Shown: one piece after another, positions 36,217-51,400 of the stretch
Numbering within the stretch: the first letter of the stretch is position 1
Layout: each line of letters starts with the position of its first letter
Source of the DNA: Euprymna scolopes
Taxonomy: Eukaryota
Assembly: GCA_053919585.1 (NCBI GenBank)
Contig: CM132792.1
Strand: one strand, 5' to 3'
Length of the DNA stretch: 64,000 nucleotides
The notes under the pieces: model-generated
What the model saw: the letters and a program-made list of their open reading frames with translations, nothing else
Database searches by the model: none
What the model was told of the DNA's origin: nothing
Made by a program: the position numbers and the translations under genes

Positions 36217-39139
36217 TATATTTACTTGTTTACTGTGGTTTTAAAATATATAAAATCGATATTCTAACTGTACATTTTCAACCTTCCTTTGTAAGTGTTT
36301 AATTATTCGACTTATTTTAAAACGTTTATTTAGTATTTAAAAAAGTAGTGTCGAGTTTTACTTTAGAACAAAAAATGGCTGACGTGAGAATATTACGTCT
36401 CGGGAATCTTGATAATCGCTCAAAAATAGAAATGTAAAGAAAATACGGAAGTAGATATAGTTTTTAAAAAAGGTCCACTTTAAAAGAATATAAATTTATT
36501 TTTTTTTTTAAATATAAGCAAGATAATTTTTCGGAAAAATCAATCTATCGGAAGTGGGAACGGTTGATTATGTAACGCAACTGAATGGGACGGAGTCACG
36601 CAGTCAAGACAGGAAACACAAAAAATATATATATTAAAAAAAAAACAACTTTATTCTTTAACACACTGTGTGTTATTACGAAACAAAAACAAAAGAAAAC
36701 TTCTTGTATTATTGATTAATAAATAAATATTAACTTTATGCGATGATACATTTCATGTTATTCCGAGCATATATTATTGATTAATAAATATAATTTTATT
36801 ATGTGTGTTGTTATTAATGTTGTTGATAAACATAATTTTAAAATGTTAGGTTTTTTCTTGAAAAAGATTTCTGCCCCCACGGAAAAATATTCATCCAAAT
36901 GTTTACCTGGAAAATTATTTCACCAAAAACAATTAGTATTAAACTTTAAAAAGGAAGACACTAGAATTTTAAGAAAAAAAAACTATTTTATTTATATTCA
37001 ATCAGATGTGCCGTATACACTCGTAAAAATGTAATTTGCTTTTTGTTGCACTTTTCATGATTTTAAATATTTATGAATTTTCTCATTATTATCGATTATT
37101 ATATTGATTACGATTTTTGACAGAAGAAAGAAAATTAATTGCATATAAAACATTAGAAGACAAATTTTAAAGCGTGAGAAAAATCTAAAATCATTGAAGT
37201 ATCAATAAATTTTGTAATCCGGGTGGCATTAATCAACACATATGAGTAAAATTTAAGAAACGAAAGCTGCTCATGTCAAATTTACACTATGTAAAGATGT
37301 TTAATAATAATCACTGTATGGGTTTGATTATTTTTATATTTTAAGATAGCAATATATCATTTCTAATACAACTGGACCCATAATAGTTCATTCCATTTTT
37401 TAATCAAGAGGCTGTTAAGTTATCTTTAAAAACGTTAATAATGATATTTTAAGAAATAATTTGATTAAAGTGTTTTTAGATGTGTATTCATGAAGGAAAA
37501 AAAAAATATTTTATAGAACGAAATGATTGAAACGTTTAACCGTTTTCGTAATTAAAGAAATGTGAATATATTTTCGATACACGTTCATTTAAATATTTTA
37601 CATACATTTTAAGTCTAATATTGAATGACTATTACAATATTATCCCTATGTCATTTGCAGAATTGATTTTATTGAACAGTATTTTGAGCTTAATTCGAAA
37701 AGATTTCACTGAATGAGAAAGACATTTATTTCAAAAACAGATTACATTTATAAATGAGATTTTCAGGAGTTCACGCATTCTCACATTCAATGCCTTTCAT
37801 TTTGAAATGTAATCTTCTAAAGAAGAAACATATTCAATAATGCAACGTAAAAGGTTGTGAATGACGATATTTAAGTACCAAATCAATGAACGTTTAACAT
37901 TTAAGCGCTTTTCCGTTGTTCTTTAGAACGATGAACAGGTCACGATCTGATCTCTATCAGCTCCAAAATGATTCTCTGAATATTTAGTCTGAAGTATATA
38001 GGAAGTGAGGCATGACATCCTTGAAAACGAATGGTAATTACTAAACAATGAAAGGTGAAAGATCAAAATATATGCGCATATAATAATTGAGAAGAAAAAA
38101 ACCCTTAATTCTCACTTAATTGTATACAATGTAAATTCCGATTGCACCAAGTTCTATGACTTGCATTTTTTGTTCTGTTTCTAAGCCGAACATGCACATG
38201 ACTCCTGTATCAATTATGAAAATTTTCTAGTGAGCATTTACAGAGATTCTACGTGCATGTCTATCGTATATTATAATACTTACAAACGCCCCGCAAAATA
38301 CGCTTAAATATATTTTGATTAATGCATATTTACTATTTAATATCATATTATATTGGACAAAATATATAATAATTTGTGATTTAAAAAAAAATCACACTTG
38401 AGATACCACCGAAAATCAAAACCAACACGTTTAGCATACGAGTTACTTTTTTCCGTTGCAGTTTCTACCTGTGCTATGAAGTCATTTTTGCTGTAAATTA
38501 AAAAAAAAAAAATACAGAAACCAAAAATTACGTTACGCATGCAGATTCGTAATGCGATCGTTCGACTTTCAACTGTAAAATTATATTGTTTTGTTTATGT
38601 CTATATATGCACACAGATTTTCACCGCATAAAGCCCTCGAACAAACATAATAATTTTATGTAATATATTTCATGTTAGTAGACCAAGAATTTAAAGTGGA
38701 GTTGGGTAGGTAAATATTAAAAGGTGTATATACATATTCGCATGCATAAATATATATAGAAAGAGGTTAGTGTGTACTATAGTCTTTTTGTGCAAACATT
38801 ACGCAAGTATAAATCATGTAGACTATCTTCATGAATACAATTACACATAATAGTTAAGTGAAGATGATCATCCCAAATGTAAACAAATAAAAACGTTTAG
38901 GGAGTTAATTAAACTAATGCAATAAATAAAAACAAAAAAACATTAACGAGAAATCTTAAAACCTATATTAACTCCTTTCTTACAAACCTGTGGCAAATAT
39001 AGTTGCTTCCACTGCTGGAATATTTACTCCTCCCCTCTTCCGGAAACAATGTAATAACAATGTTCATTAATAACTTTGAGGAGGGTATCTTTTCACTAGA
39101 TATAAAACCTTTACAAAATAACCCAGTAATATTAATTAC

Positions 39140-42100
39140 CCACTCGATGTCGCAGAAATACCCTGATTAGGACCCAGACGCGGGGCAGACGATCTTCATA
39201 TTGATGGGCCGGTAGATTTTCCCCAGGTCATACGTGTAGGAGAAGTAAAACTCACCAGTCATGGATGGCACCTTCCTAGAGGTGGTGACTCAAACAAATT
39301 ACCGGTTTGCAAACCTAAATTGCTTAAGGAGTAGATAGGCTCTGTCTATCGCACGGCTTCCACATTCCTTCTGTGCCAATGAGTTAGGCGCAAAGGAACT
39401 ATCACAGGGATTCGACTAGATGCACTCAGTGGTCAGTCTTATTACCTGACTAGGGCAATTGAACGCAGTTTTTCCCGCTCCCGACACATTCCATACCTCT
39501 AAATGTAGTGCTTGGGAGTGCTTGAGTGCTATATATGCTAGTGCAGTTATATTTGGTTTACAATCGCCGGATGGGTTGATGGTACCGGATTGACAGTTGC
39601 TGACTGATGTTTCCGACTGGTAGTACAAGTGCCCTAACTCTTTGGTAGCGCTTTAGCGGCTCCTCTATCAAGATTTGTATAAATTTGTTTGTAATACCAT
39701 GTAGCGCACGGAAAAGGGGCCGTGCAATAATCCTCTGTAGGTTTTTCTTCGCATCAAGCATAGTAGATTAAAGACCAGCTGATAGTCTATTCTTGTTGCA
39801 TGTCTGGTATTTTGCCTAACCACTTGTTTAGCACGCCGGAGCTAAACTGAAACTCTCAAAAAATAATGACAGTACAGTCTCAAATTTCGCTTAAACCAGG
39901 CGTAAACTAAAACGAAACTAACTTTCCACCTTCATTTAAGCTTGCATTTACGAATATCCGTGGGCTTATAAATAATTTAGATGACGTAGAAGCATTTCTC
40001 TGATTAAACACCCCGGATATCTTTGTACTAAGTGAGACTAACATACACTTTTCAATCCTCTCTAACTATTGAACATGGCTGGATATCTCCCACTCTGTCC
40101 TAAGGACTCTAGCAGAGATATACACGACATTGGAGTCTATATTCATTACACCATCCCCCTGACTAAAGAAACACACCTAGAATCGGACAATCAAGCCTTT
40201 ATGTGCTTTAGACTAAACATGCAACAGAAAATTATCTACTTCTGTTTTCTCTACCGCTCTCCCTCAACACAGGACTCCACCCTAATAACAAGTCTCTGAC
40301 AGCATACACCCAGAACTCTCCCTCGACACTAGCGCACAAGTGCATGTTTTTGGTGACTTCAATGTCCACCGCGACAAGTGGCTTAGATTATCTCCCTACA
40401 CAGCCGCAACTGATAGCACAACACATGTCATCTCTATATCCCATTCATATCTCAAATGGTTACGTTTCCAACCCGTTTCCCAGACTAGCATGTTCAACAC
40501 GCATCACTTCTATATATGTTTCTGACAACAGTTCCCGAAGATATTATAACGAATACCCACAGCCCACTTGGGAAGGCTGATAATCCATTGCTAATGGTCG
40601 GAATCGCCCTAAACTCTAGAACCAAAACTGAAAGGTCACTGCTAAATACAACGAGATATTATAAAAAGGCCGACTGAGAAGCCACCAATGATCTCTTTTC
40701 TCTTCTTGCTGAATAATGCGCAATTCAGACCACTGAATGGTTCAAAATGGCAATTTAAACACATGTTCTGACGCGGAAATTTTATAGCTAGCCCCACTTT
40801 CACCAATGTTTTAATTCTATTGTGCAGCTGCCGTTGCCAAAAGACAGCATACTTACCGCAGATTTAACCGACATAAGGCCAATTCAAACAGACGGAAGTA
40901 TATAGAAGCTATGAGTAATTGAAAGAAAGGAATAGCTTCAGATAAGAGAGAATTTACTGAAACCACCAAAAACGTATCAAAGCTCAGAAATTAGGAACTC
41001 GTGATTTATGGATAATCTACAGCAGTGTAGTAAATAATGGGCACTCAACAATTCCCAAACTATCCAACAATGAGTTTTTTTCACAGCAACCGATAAGGTT
41101 AACATATTTGCCAGTGGATTTGCCTTCAACTCCACACTGGATCCTTCTAATTACCTCTCCCTGATTTTTCCATTGCGACCAGACGTCACACTAGATGATC
41201 TTAAAATTACCCCTCCTCAGGTGCATTCTATCATAAAAAATCTGACATTTCAAAAGCATTTTGAACTGATCTAATCTAGGCTGTGTTTTGAAAAATGCTC
41301 CGCCGATGTAGCTGCAGTTCTCTCACAAACCTTACGACAACTGCCTGAAATAATCCTGCTGTCTTGACGGCTATAAAACTGCTTCTGTGGTACCAGTTTT
41401 CAAGAATTCTGGCGAAAGAACTGACCCATGAACTTATCACCCCAGTAGCTTCCTCCCACTTTTCGCAAAAATATTTGACTCCGTAATTAACCCAGTCCTA
41501 GTCCATCGCCTTACAGATGACAAAACTTCTGCCCGACCAAAAATATGGATGTAGGCAAGCCCCTTCAACTTCCAATATATTAACTGTAATCTCTTAACGT
41601 ATATACAAGTCACTGGCCAAACCAAGGGAGGGTAGCACGGTAGCTCTAGATATAGCTACGGCTTTTGACAGGGAATGGCATGAATGTCTTCTCAGAAAAA
41701 TCAGATCATACGGTATCACGGAACGAATACTCAACATAATTAAATCCTTCCTAGATAAGAGAAATTTCCAGGTTGTCCTCGATAGTCGTACATCAAAGCA
41801 ATATAATATAAATGCTGGAGCGCTTCAGGGGTCTATTCTTGGACATTTATTATTGCTAATATTCACAAATGACCTCTCTAAAAAAAATATCTCTAAAATG
41901 TGAATATATATGCAACATTCTATAACAAGCACGCCAGAAAAACAAATGCATAAATATCTAAGGAAATTGCAGAAACACTAACCAATCAAAACACTAGCCA
42001 ATTTGTACTAAAATGGGGACAAAATGGATGGTTACATTCAATGTTACCAACACTTTACTTGTTTCCGTCAATAATTACAAGAAACTGGTACATGGAAAAG

Positions 42101-43596
42101 GGATGTTCCCTTTCCATGTAAATAAGAAGAATATTAGATAAGTGAAAATGAGATTAGGATAAGCCTAGGATCGAACCATGTAGGCAAAGTTAAGAATTGG
42201 AAAGTTAAAATGGAGTATATTGTTAATTCCTTAAGGAATCTGAATATTAAATTTGTCAGTAAAAGAATGAACAAGACAAATTAAATTATATTATTTAAAA
42301 TAGGTTAACTTAGAATCTAGGATTCTTTTTTTTTGTCAAGTGTATGTTGGACTAACATACGAAAAGTCACATGAACTTAGTCACGTATGGAAACACACTT
42401 CTGGCGTCAGAGACAGAGTACATTTCTCCATATAGGATACTATGTTCGGATTTTAGTCAGTCAGTCAGTCAGACTCAGCCAGAGAGAATCAGTCAGAGAG
42501 TTGATCAGCCGCTTAGAAGCGAAGGGTAGAAGATTAACCATGTATATAAAAGTTGAAGTCTTGACGTCATCGACCGGCTAATGTGATTTATACGGAAGTC
42601 ATCAGGATGTTGTAAGTGTTGTATTGTGTCATCCTTCATGACAAAAGAAAGAAAATTGTGTTTATCATCATATAATTAACTTTCTGTAACCCTTCGAATA
42701 TTATGTGTCCTCACCACCATCGTTAGTGAAGTATCTCCCTCTCCTCTAATGTGTTAAAAGAACTGTAAAATATAAAAATGTCTTCTCGCCCTCATCATCA
42801 GTATCGTTATGTCCATATTACATGTACCCGGTATAAGTCGCAGTTAATGTACTACACAACCGATTCTTCTATACCAGCAATAGTAATGACCAAATACATT
42901 ATATGAATGCACTTCTTTTAAACTCCTCAGCGTAACGTTTACATGAAACATGAGTTAAAACAATCAAATCGAGTGCATTACCAGGACCGATGTGAAGAAT
43001 TTAGGCTCCCTTTAGCGTGCTAGAAAGCTACAAACACCGGGAAATATAATGGAGATCTATAAGGCCAAAATCCTTCCATGTATGGAGTATCGTTGTCATA
43101 TTTAAGCTAGTGAATCTGCTACTAGTCTCTCGCTCCTAGACAATATTCAAAAGAGAGTCGCCAACCTGATAGGCCCTGAACTGCCATCTAAACTTTAGCA
43201 TGCGTCCCATCGTCGAAATGTTGCATCCCTCTTCCTGTTCTACAAATATTTTCATGGTGAATACTCCGACGAACTGCAAGCACTTGTACCCCCTCCACGT
43301 AAATAACCCGACAACCCCGACGAGCAGATAACCCCCACCGCTACACAGAAGAGATCCCTAGATGTAAGAGAGCGTTTTACTCTAATAGTTGCTTTCCCAG
43401 AACTGCTAGATTTTAGCATTCCTTTCCGGTTCACTGAATCACCAATTTACTGATATGCAGATGCTCAAATATAACGTGACCAGACATCCTACTGCCAAAC
43501 TCCCTACATAGTAACCCTATAGTGTATGTCCCTGATAGTAGTCTCTTACATCAAATGGGAATGTGCCTTGTTTGGGGTGAAAATGTAATAAAAAAA
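39140..43596 (+). mobile_element. Near-full-length decayed CR1/Zenon-like LINE (APE endonuclease plus RT)
   Basis: GC-richer 5' region. APE: 'AFTNIRGL', 'PDIFVLSETN', 'FLYRSPS', 'VFGDFNVH'. RT: 'VVPVFKNSGERTDP*TYHP', 'ALDIATAFDREWH..LLRKIRSYGI', 'INAGALQGSILG..LLIFTNDL'. C-terminus: 'YKAKILPCMEY.CHI', 'HRRNVASLFLFYKYFHG'. The element ends in an A-rich tail at ~43590. Confidence 0.92.
42086..42856 (-). mobile_element. Solo LTR inserted in the LINE RT region
   Basis: Minus-strand ends TGTAGTACAT...ATGTACCA (TG..CA with an imperfect IR). Flanks AAAC/CAAC give a 4-bp TSD with one mismatch. A TATA-like box lies at ~42545 followed by (ctga)n, and LINE coding similarity resumes on both sides. Confidence 0.7.
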
Positions 43597-44019
43597 TGTT
43601 TTAAACAATAAGTAAATTAGCTAGATCTTTTGTAGATACATGAAAATCAACGGCCCATATATACCAAAATTGAATTTTCTTTTAAATAAATAGAAAAACG
43701 AGTTTATAATATAAATATCAATACACAAAAAAAACAACTTTATAGTAGTAGATATATCTTATGTTTTGTGACTGTTTTTACTGAAGCCTTACAAGTAAGT
43801 AAACATTTCACGTATCGTTTTTGCTTATCAGAAATACCAAAACGATAATATATTGAGTTGACAAGAATGTTATTACGGATTTTTTTTCTTTTTAAATGAT
43901 GTATTTTCAAATATGTTTTCGTTCTCATACGTTTTAATTCTATATCATCTTAAATAGCACTTTCACCATATCTAATGGTTTAAATAGCAGGTATTTAAAG
44001 CACAGTGATATATTCTTTT

Positions 44020-44957
44020 TCAGAACGTTGAATACAAGATTGAAATTCGTACAAGTTTCCTGTTTAAATTAAACCTAGACAAAAAAGCTGCTGAAAAAGC
44101 TCTCGATAGTGTTTGGGCTAGGTTCCAATAGTAAACGCCCAGATCAATTTCCAAGCAAGCGCTAGATTTTTGAAGATGATGAGCGTAGTGGTCGACCATC
44201 GGATATTGAGAACAGTGAATTAAGAGTTAGTTGAAGCCAATGCACGCCCACTTATTCGCGAACTTACTTTAGAATTACACCTTACGATATATATGACGAT
44301 TTTCAAAAACACGAGAGAAATTGGAGAGACAAAAACCTTTCAAATTATGCCTCACGAAACCAAAGAGGTGACGATATGACGTGAAAAGTGGGTTTCATTT
44401 CAACAGCAACCAACAAACAACTCAACGACATTTCCTGAAAGAGTTCCACCAACGGAAGGTCATACTGAGTGTTTCGTTGTCTACGACCGGTTTCACCTAT
44501 TACAGTTTTTTTTTAATGCATGCAAAACCATTACACCGGGGAAATATTGAAAAAAAAATGGATTAAATGCATCAGAAACTTTGACAACAATACCAGGAAA
44601 CGGGTCAATTCCGGTCCGGGAGAATGACCTGCCGCGCGTTTAAAAACCGACCATGAAAAGTTGAACAAATTTGGCTACGAAAGTTTGACTTATTCAACAT
44701 TATTACAAATCTCTCCCCTACGTTCTAGACAACGTTCTGCATGAGAAATGCTTAAAAAACGCAAGCCCTATCAGAAATACCTTCAGCGATATGAATCGCC
44801 ACAACAAGGCAAGATTTCTATTTTACAGATATTGCGTTGACAAAAGTGGGTTGATTCTAGTCGTGTTTATTACAATCAATAAGTGCGTGTTTGAGCCAAT
44901 ATATGTTTATCTGAATTTACACGTAAAAGCCACAAGATATTTCACGTCAAACTAATT
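44020..44957 (+). mobile_element. Decayed mariner (Hsmar1/cecropia-like) transposon
   Basis: 'EIRTSFLFKLNL.KKAAE', 'EDDERSGRPSDIENSELR', 'VEAN.R..IREL', 'QRKVILSV', 'MHQKL' and 'KLNKFGYE.L'. A right TIR-like aaaagccacaagatatttcacgtcaaactaa closes the element. Confidence 0.85.
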
Positions 44958-47012
44958 GTATATGGCGTATATTATTATGATTTAACTTTACTTTTTATCA
45001 CTATATAGTCGTAAAATGTTAAATTTATCAAAAACCGAGCTAATATATGTCATTGCTAATTCGATTTTAAATGGTACATTTATTTATTTCCATTCAAAAC
45101 CGTCTATTTTATTGATGAAATGGTTTCTTATTATAAATACGAGTACGCAAATTTTTCATACACACAATATTTATTTAGTTTACGAAATACTGTGTTTGTA
45201 TTTAATTTTTTGCTAAATTGTTTTGCATGTATCTATGTAATGATAACACTCAGGTCAGCCGTTTGGCCCTTTAAATCCTCGACCTGGTTTGTAACTTTCG
45301 GTTTAAAAATGCGTCTGCTTACCTATTTCATCCCCTCCCTGCTTTTGAATCCGATACTAAAATTCACTCCTTCTATCCCTAACAAATAAATATAATTTAA
45401 CCCTGTTCAGCTTAAAATATATTTAAATATAAATATACAATATGCAACTATAATCATGTTTAATTCCATATTTAGTGCATTTAGTAGCGATCCTGTGGAT
45501 TCTGGCGGTTTTTAAGGCATTACTCGGTTTCTCTTTAATGTGGTCCAAGGTAAAACTTGTAGGCCCTTAATTTTAATTCGTACTTGGAATAGTTCTCTGG
45601 AATCTTCATCAGTTTTATTATTTTTTCAATCGTTAATTTTTCACATGCTAAAAAGACAGTATACTCTCAACATCACTTATTATTTTGAACATTTTTATTT
45701 CATTCCTTAAGTGACAACGGATAGACTATTACTATTTAAAAGAATAGCGCGGTGTGTTTAATGCAAGACACATTTTACAAAGTTGTAAATAAACAATTAA
45801 TAATGATGGAGGATGGGACAGGGAGAATCTTCGTAAAATGAAAAGTTGCAAAAAGAAAAACAAAATACTAATAATATTGGCGGGGGAAATCAATAGGCCA
45901 ACATCAACATACATAGAGATAATGTATCGAATGACGTATTTTGTTCCCGAGGAAAATTAGTTGTGTGTATCACTAACTCTGCCCTCATGGGGATTCAATT
46001 AAATGAAAAAAAATAGTTTTAATTATTTTTATATAACACTATACACCTCCCTTTTGCCCGGGCATTGGCGTTGAAAATTATGAATAATGATGCATTCTGG
46101 AGCAGAAGTTTTTCACAAGACAACTGATGAATTATATCGGCATACTTGTAGTGTATACGACCAAAGAAAACTACAAAATACAGCTAAAGAAACGGATAAG
46201 CAAGCAATAACAAATAAAAAAGGTCACTTAAAAATTAAGAATAAGCGAACACAATACCTCCGAATAAAAATAAAAATAATAATTAAGCTTAGAAGAATAT
46301 CTTTTAACGAAAAAAATCTATTACAGACAATATTTAATAACGTGTTCTGTTTTAAACACTTTTTCAACGAATTAACTTATCACAGTTATTCTCCTTTGGT
46401 TTTATGGTTTGAAACTTAAACGGTTTCAGATTTTAGATAATAATAAGTTAAAATAACTTCAATCAAATATACATTTAAATGAAAATAAACTAAATAATTT
46501 ATAATTTTTCTTACAAAGCACGGTTGAAACAAGGCTTTTTATGTCGAATAACTAATATCATCGAGCTAATTATTTAAATAGATTTAACTTAATGTGCTAT
46601 CCTAATGACTGTAACTCAATCAATGTATTTGACGAATCCTATATATAGAAATTGCGTATAACGTACGTCTCCTTTTACAGAAGTATCATATCCTGAGAGT
46701 AAATATTTCTTGACAAGGAAAGGTATACACTCATAACGCCTTTATATTTCTTTAATCATGTGGACTTGTACAGACAAACACACACACGAACGCAATTACT
46801 TTTATTACTCTTATTATGTAGCTTTGTTTTCGTTAAACGTTTATTTTTATTAACGATTTCCGTTAGCCGTTTTTAATCGTTTAATTTTCATTTGTTCATC
46901 AGTTTTATAAAGGATGAGCATCTAAATGTTTTGGAAGAAAATTGAAACACATAATTATTTAACATTTCCAAAGGGTGCTCACATACATATTTATAACAAA
47001 ATAAATCACCTC

Positions 47013-47094
<82 letters not shown>

Positions 47095-47098
<4 letters not shown>

Positions 47099-47501
47099 CA
47101 TTTACGCCCGGCGTTGCCCGGCTGTTTGGAGGTGTATGTTGAGCAAAACAACAGCAAACAAAAAAGCGGTCAATTTTTTAAAACTTTTACCTGTATTATC
47201 GCCCCTTAACATTTATTGTTTGGGCTCCAATTAAGTAATTCATTTAGATTCATTTCCATTACATATGAAAGTACAAGTGGTTGGACTAAAAACTGTCGTA
47301 GGAGTTTTGTAGAGTTCTTAAAGGACAGATCGTTGAACTTTGACCCCTTAACATCCAAATTTCTGGTCGAAAACCGATTACAAATACTTTTCCAAATCTC
47401 AGTACCCTGTATATCAAATTTATAATCTGTAGACTAAAACTTGAGAGAGTTATCTCGTAGGAAAATGTACACCGACACACAGGCATGTTTACGCTTGTAG
47501 A
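47095..47501 (-). mobile_element. Non-autonomous Helitron
   Basis: 3' end (c)TAG plus a cccggcgttgcccgg hairpin next to (TA)n. It is the reverse complement of the 23.2-kb family. Confidence 0.8.
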
Positions 47502-47505
47502 TATA

Positions 47506-48360
47506 CTAGCATTTCAGTCCGGCGTTACCCGTGTGTGTAGGTGTGTGTTGAGCAAAAAAAAGTGGTAGTAGGAAGGCAAGCTCGAACCCATACCGCAAAG
47601 GAGGAAAATAACTGGAAAAAACTGACGTCTTTGCTGTTACGACCGCCGCCAAACAGCAAATGACGTAGTGTTAAATAAAGTCTACACCATCGAAAGGAGA
47701 GGATGACTTTCGAAAATATCAGCGAAAAAAAAGGGGCCCTCTGTAGAGAATTGTCCAGTTAAAGGTGAAGCTAGTCATGTTTTAAACCAATCCTTCCATA
47801 TTTGTCGTCTTAAAGGTCGAACTTCAAAACGATACTGACCCTGTAAAAACCCGTCGCTCCTGTCGAAAGTTTTAGACAGGCATTCAAACATACATACATT
47901 AATTTGTGTAGCTAAAAATTTTCGACCCAAACCGAATAAAAAGGTTGCACTATCTCTGAATACACTTCATGTAAAATTTCAAATGTGTAGACAAGAAAGC
48001 GTCTGAGTATTTTGGAAGAGACCGCAGAGGTAAATTTTTTTTAACTTTCACCCCTATTAGGATCCCTTAACGTTTATTGTATTGGGCTCGAATCAAGTTA
48101 TTAAGTTCCATGTCCAAGGAACCTATATCTAAAATTTCAAATAGTTATACCCAAAATTGTCGGAGGGGTTTGGTAGAGTTCTCAAAGGAACACTCGTTTA
48201 ACTTCACCCCCTTAACAGCCAAATTTCTGGCCGAAATGTATTACAAAGATGTTCCCAAATCTCAGTACCCTGTATATCAAAGTGCGAGTCTGTAGACTTA
48301 AACTCGACAAAGTTATTGCGTAGGGAAATGTACACAGGCACAGAGACACGTTCACACAAC
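47506..48360 (-). mobile_element. Longer non-autonomous Helitron in tandem with the previous copy
   Basis: CTAG at 47506-47509 with a ccggcgttacccg hairpin. It carries the same 5' module plus an extra ~450-bp internal module shared with 53.5-54.6 kb. Confidence 0.8.
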
Positions 48361-48671
48361 CTAAATATCAAAGCTTTTTTCCTGTTCAGCTGGTCTGCTT
48401 GCATTCTAATTTCAATATAGTATTTTCCCGTTAATTCCAAACATATTTTTGTGATCCATCTTTTTAAATAATCAAAGTTAATCCGTCTTATACTACCAAA
48501 AGTCTATGACCTTTTATTTAATCTACAACCGTACACTTATTATCGACTTTAGTTTAGCTTTCATACTTTCATATTTTTTGAAATTATTCAAATGCAGACA
48601 GGATCAAAATAGGTGGTAAACTCTCTTAAAAGGTTGATCATAAAATATGGAGCTATTCGAGACGGTGTGTG

Positions 48672-48728
<57 letters not shown>

Positions 48729-48769
48729 CATATATATATGAATTTTATCAAATATATCACAACCATTAT

Positions 48770-50500
48770 TATCAATGTAACGCTATTATTCACAATCATT
48801 GGGCACGTCAATATTTAGGGATCCACATTGCACTTTATGTTAGTCTAGTAACATTTCTCTGGTTCGTGTCTTGGACATATTTATTAGCGAAGTTCATCTT
48901 CACAAAAACGCTTCTGAAAGGTTTCTGAATACATTAATCTTAGATGTATAACCAACGTCGATGAATGCTACGTCAGCTGGCACAAGTATGTCCGTAGCAG
49001 ATTTAAACAGTGTAATTTAGTGTTTGGAATACACAGCAGAAATTTATGTTAAACACTCTATATGGGATTTATGTGTCTACTTATATTTACTTCGGTTTTA
49101 GGAAATTACAGATGGGAAAATACATGATTGCTGGAAGTGAATATTTGTACGAAAATTTAAATTTTATGTTAGTTTTATAGACGTATGGAAATTCCAAAAT
49201 ATTGTCATATTTGTGAAAAAACAATCCCTGAGACGCTGCATATATTCCTTGATAAAGATCAAGAAACCAGTCGTATTTGAATAGGGCAATTCATAAAGTA
49301 GCTGTTAAAGTAACTTTGAAGAATCATTAAAGTGGATGAGATCAATGATTTTATTGTTGTGCTAAAACGCTTATAAACATCCAGCACACTATCAATATAC
49401 TATAAAAGTTAATTGAAAATGTATGGGTGCTGGTATATTACACTGCTTTACACCATTGTCAACATAGGCACTAATTGAGCTTTAACCTAATTTTCATATT
49501 AATGTGAAGCTCCATGAGTAATCGTAGAATTTAAGGTGGGCAACTTTACATTCCTTAAAAGGTATATAAAACCCTTCTGTGTACTGAATGCGATGCTTTG
49601 ATCAAATAAACAACAATCTGATAAAGCAGAATGGGATGTTGAATACATTTCTCCTGGAACTGGCGAGCAGACAAGATTATGTCAATTGTTCTTCCACAAG
49701 AACCACATTGACTTTTTTGAATGCCGTGTATATATACTTTAACATTCTGTTGACTAAAACTTTGGAAATTAACAAACATCTTTTAAGATAATATCTGCAA
49801 TCACCCTATTCTTTGTACAATGATAAAAAAATATCCATCAACTCAGGCATAAGGGACGTGAATAGCGTCCAAGTTACCATCGATAAGATGAGAAATTTAA
49901 CGCACAAAATTATTGCCTCATATAATAGGATTGGATATAACTTAATCGATCTCCGATGTCTTTTAAATAATATCTTCCTTGATTGCATATCTAATTTTGT
50001 CCTAAGATGGACAATCACACATTTTATAGATAAACATCTGTTATGATAAGCAACTACATGTTTCGTTTTTATCCAGATCAAAAGGGTTATGACCAAGATA
50101 GGAGTAACGACCAATTAAACAACAGAACCATTTTTGGGGACGATTATAAGAGCAGTTCCTTCGTTCGAAAGTAGGGAAGATACTGATAATGTTTGAGAGT
50201 CAAAGTATATTTAAGCAAATGATACATATCCCTTGAGTTTTATTATCGAAAACATACCTAATTTACTATAAATTTATACGACAGTTTAAGTAAGTATTTG
50301 CCAGAAAACATGGCGTCAAACAGAAATATATCCAGTGCAACTGAGGTGATTGCACAAACAGTACATTTTTCCATCGCCAGAAAAACGCGCTCCAAATCAA
50401 GTATCCAATTGTATTACATAAAAATGAGGTCAACTCTTCGAAGTCCGGATAAAGTTTCCAGTACGTAGAATCCGGGAAAAATTCCATGCATCTTTAAACA
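48770..50500 (-). mobile_element. Decayed RTE-clade LINE (RT region)
   Basis: 'SQCGSCGRTIDIILSARQFQEKCIQHPILLYQIVVYLIKASHSVHRRVL' matches RTE 'ESQCGFR..TxDMIFxARQLQEKCxEQ..LY..FxDLxKAFDxVxR'. The flanks are degenerate and the boundaries approximate. Confidence 0.8.
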
Positions 50501-51069
50501 ATTAGATGCTAATTGAACTTTGCTTCCAGACTTTGCCAGTGCATTGTTTATTCTTAGCATTAATAAAAATAATAACTACATAAAAAATGAAGTTATCGCT
50601 TTATCGAATACCAAAGTTTTGGAATTAAAGAATTACTACGTACAGTGTATATACAAATTAGTCTTAGTTTAACCTAACGATCAGAACAGCGAGGAAATAA
50701 CGGCCCACAATTGAAACGCGATGATAAACCGAATCAAAGACCAGCAACAACGCACGCATGAAAAATACCGCGCGTTTTTTAAACGGTATATGCGCAAATG
50801 TTTCCTCTATACTATTGCGAACTATGGAATTAAATTTGCAGGTTTACAAAAGCTAATAAATCCATAACCACTATTTACTTTTTTTATCTCAGAGATATAC
50901 AAATAATGTTTTACACGTAGGAATATTTTAAATGTGGTTTTCAATAATACACATTTAATGCTTTAATGTAAAATCTGTGCTTCCCTAATATATTATATCT
51001 TCATAACAATCCTGTTCTATTTTGCCTATGTTTCAAGAATGCAAGCTCTATACTTTATTCCCCTATGAC

Positions 51070-51400
51070 ATTAACTTTTCCAAGGCCGCGTATAAGCGCT
51101 CAACCTCCAAGATATGTTTTTTCTAAAACGTCTTATTTCGTATGCAGAGAAACGTCGGTCTTATCTCGCTTTCTACACGGATCTAGATTTTCTTGCAGCA
51201 CACCGGTAGTGGAATCCAATCTCCGATATGATCTTTCACACATATTCTGCTTTGCATATTTCAAAACTTCTGTCGACCAGTATTTTGTCTGTGGTTATTA
51301 ATCTTCAATAAAAGCCAAATCAAAGGTGTGACTTCTTTGGAAATTTTCCGTTCAGGTCTATTCCCGTCGATACAATAATGTGGCAAACAATCAGAAAGAA
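51070..51400 (-). mobile_element. Possible Tc1-like transposase N-terminal fragment
   Basis: 'IGFHYRCAARK' resembles the Tc1 'GxxxRxARKKP' linker. The rest is degenerate. Confidence 0.4.

Noticed and set aside
38985-39060. Possible minus-strand exon ending ...gccacag|gt
   Set aside because: No clear acceptor, no recognisable peptide and no partner exons.
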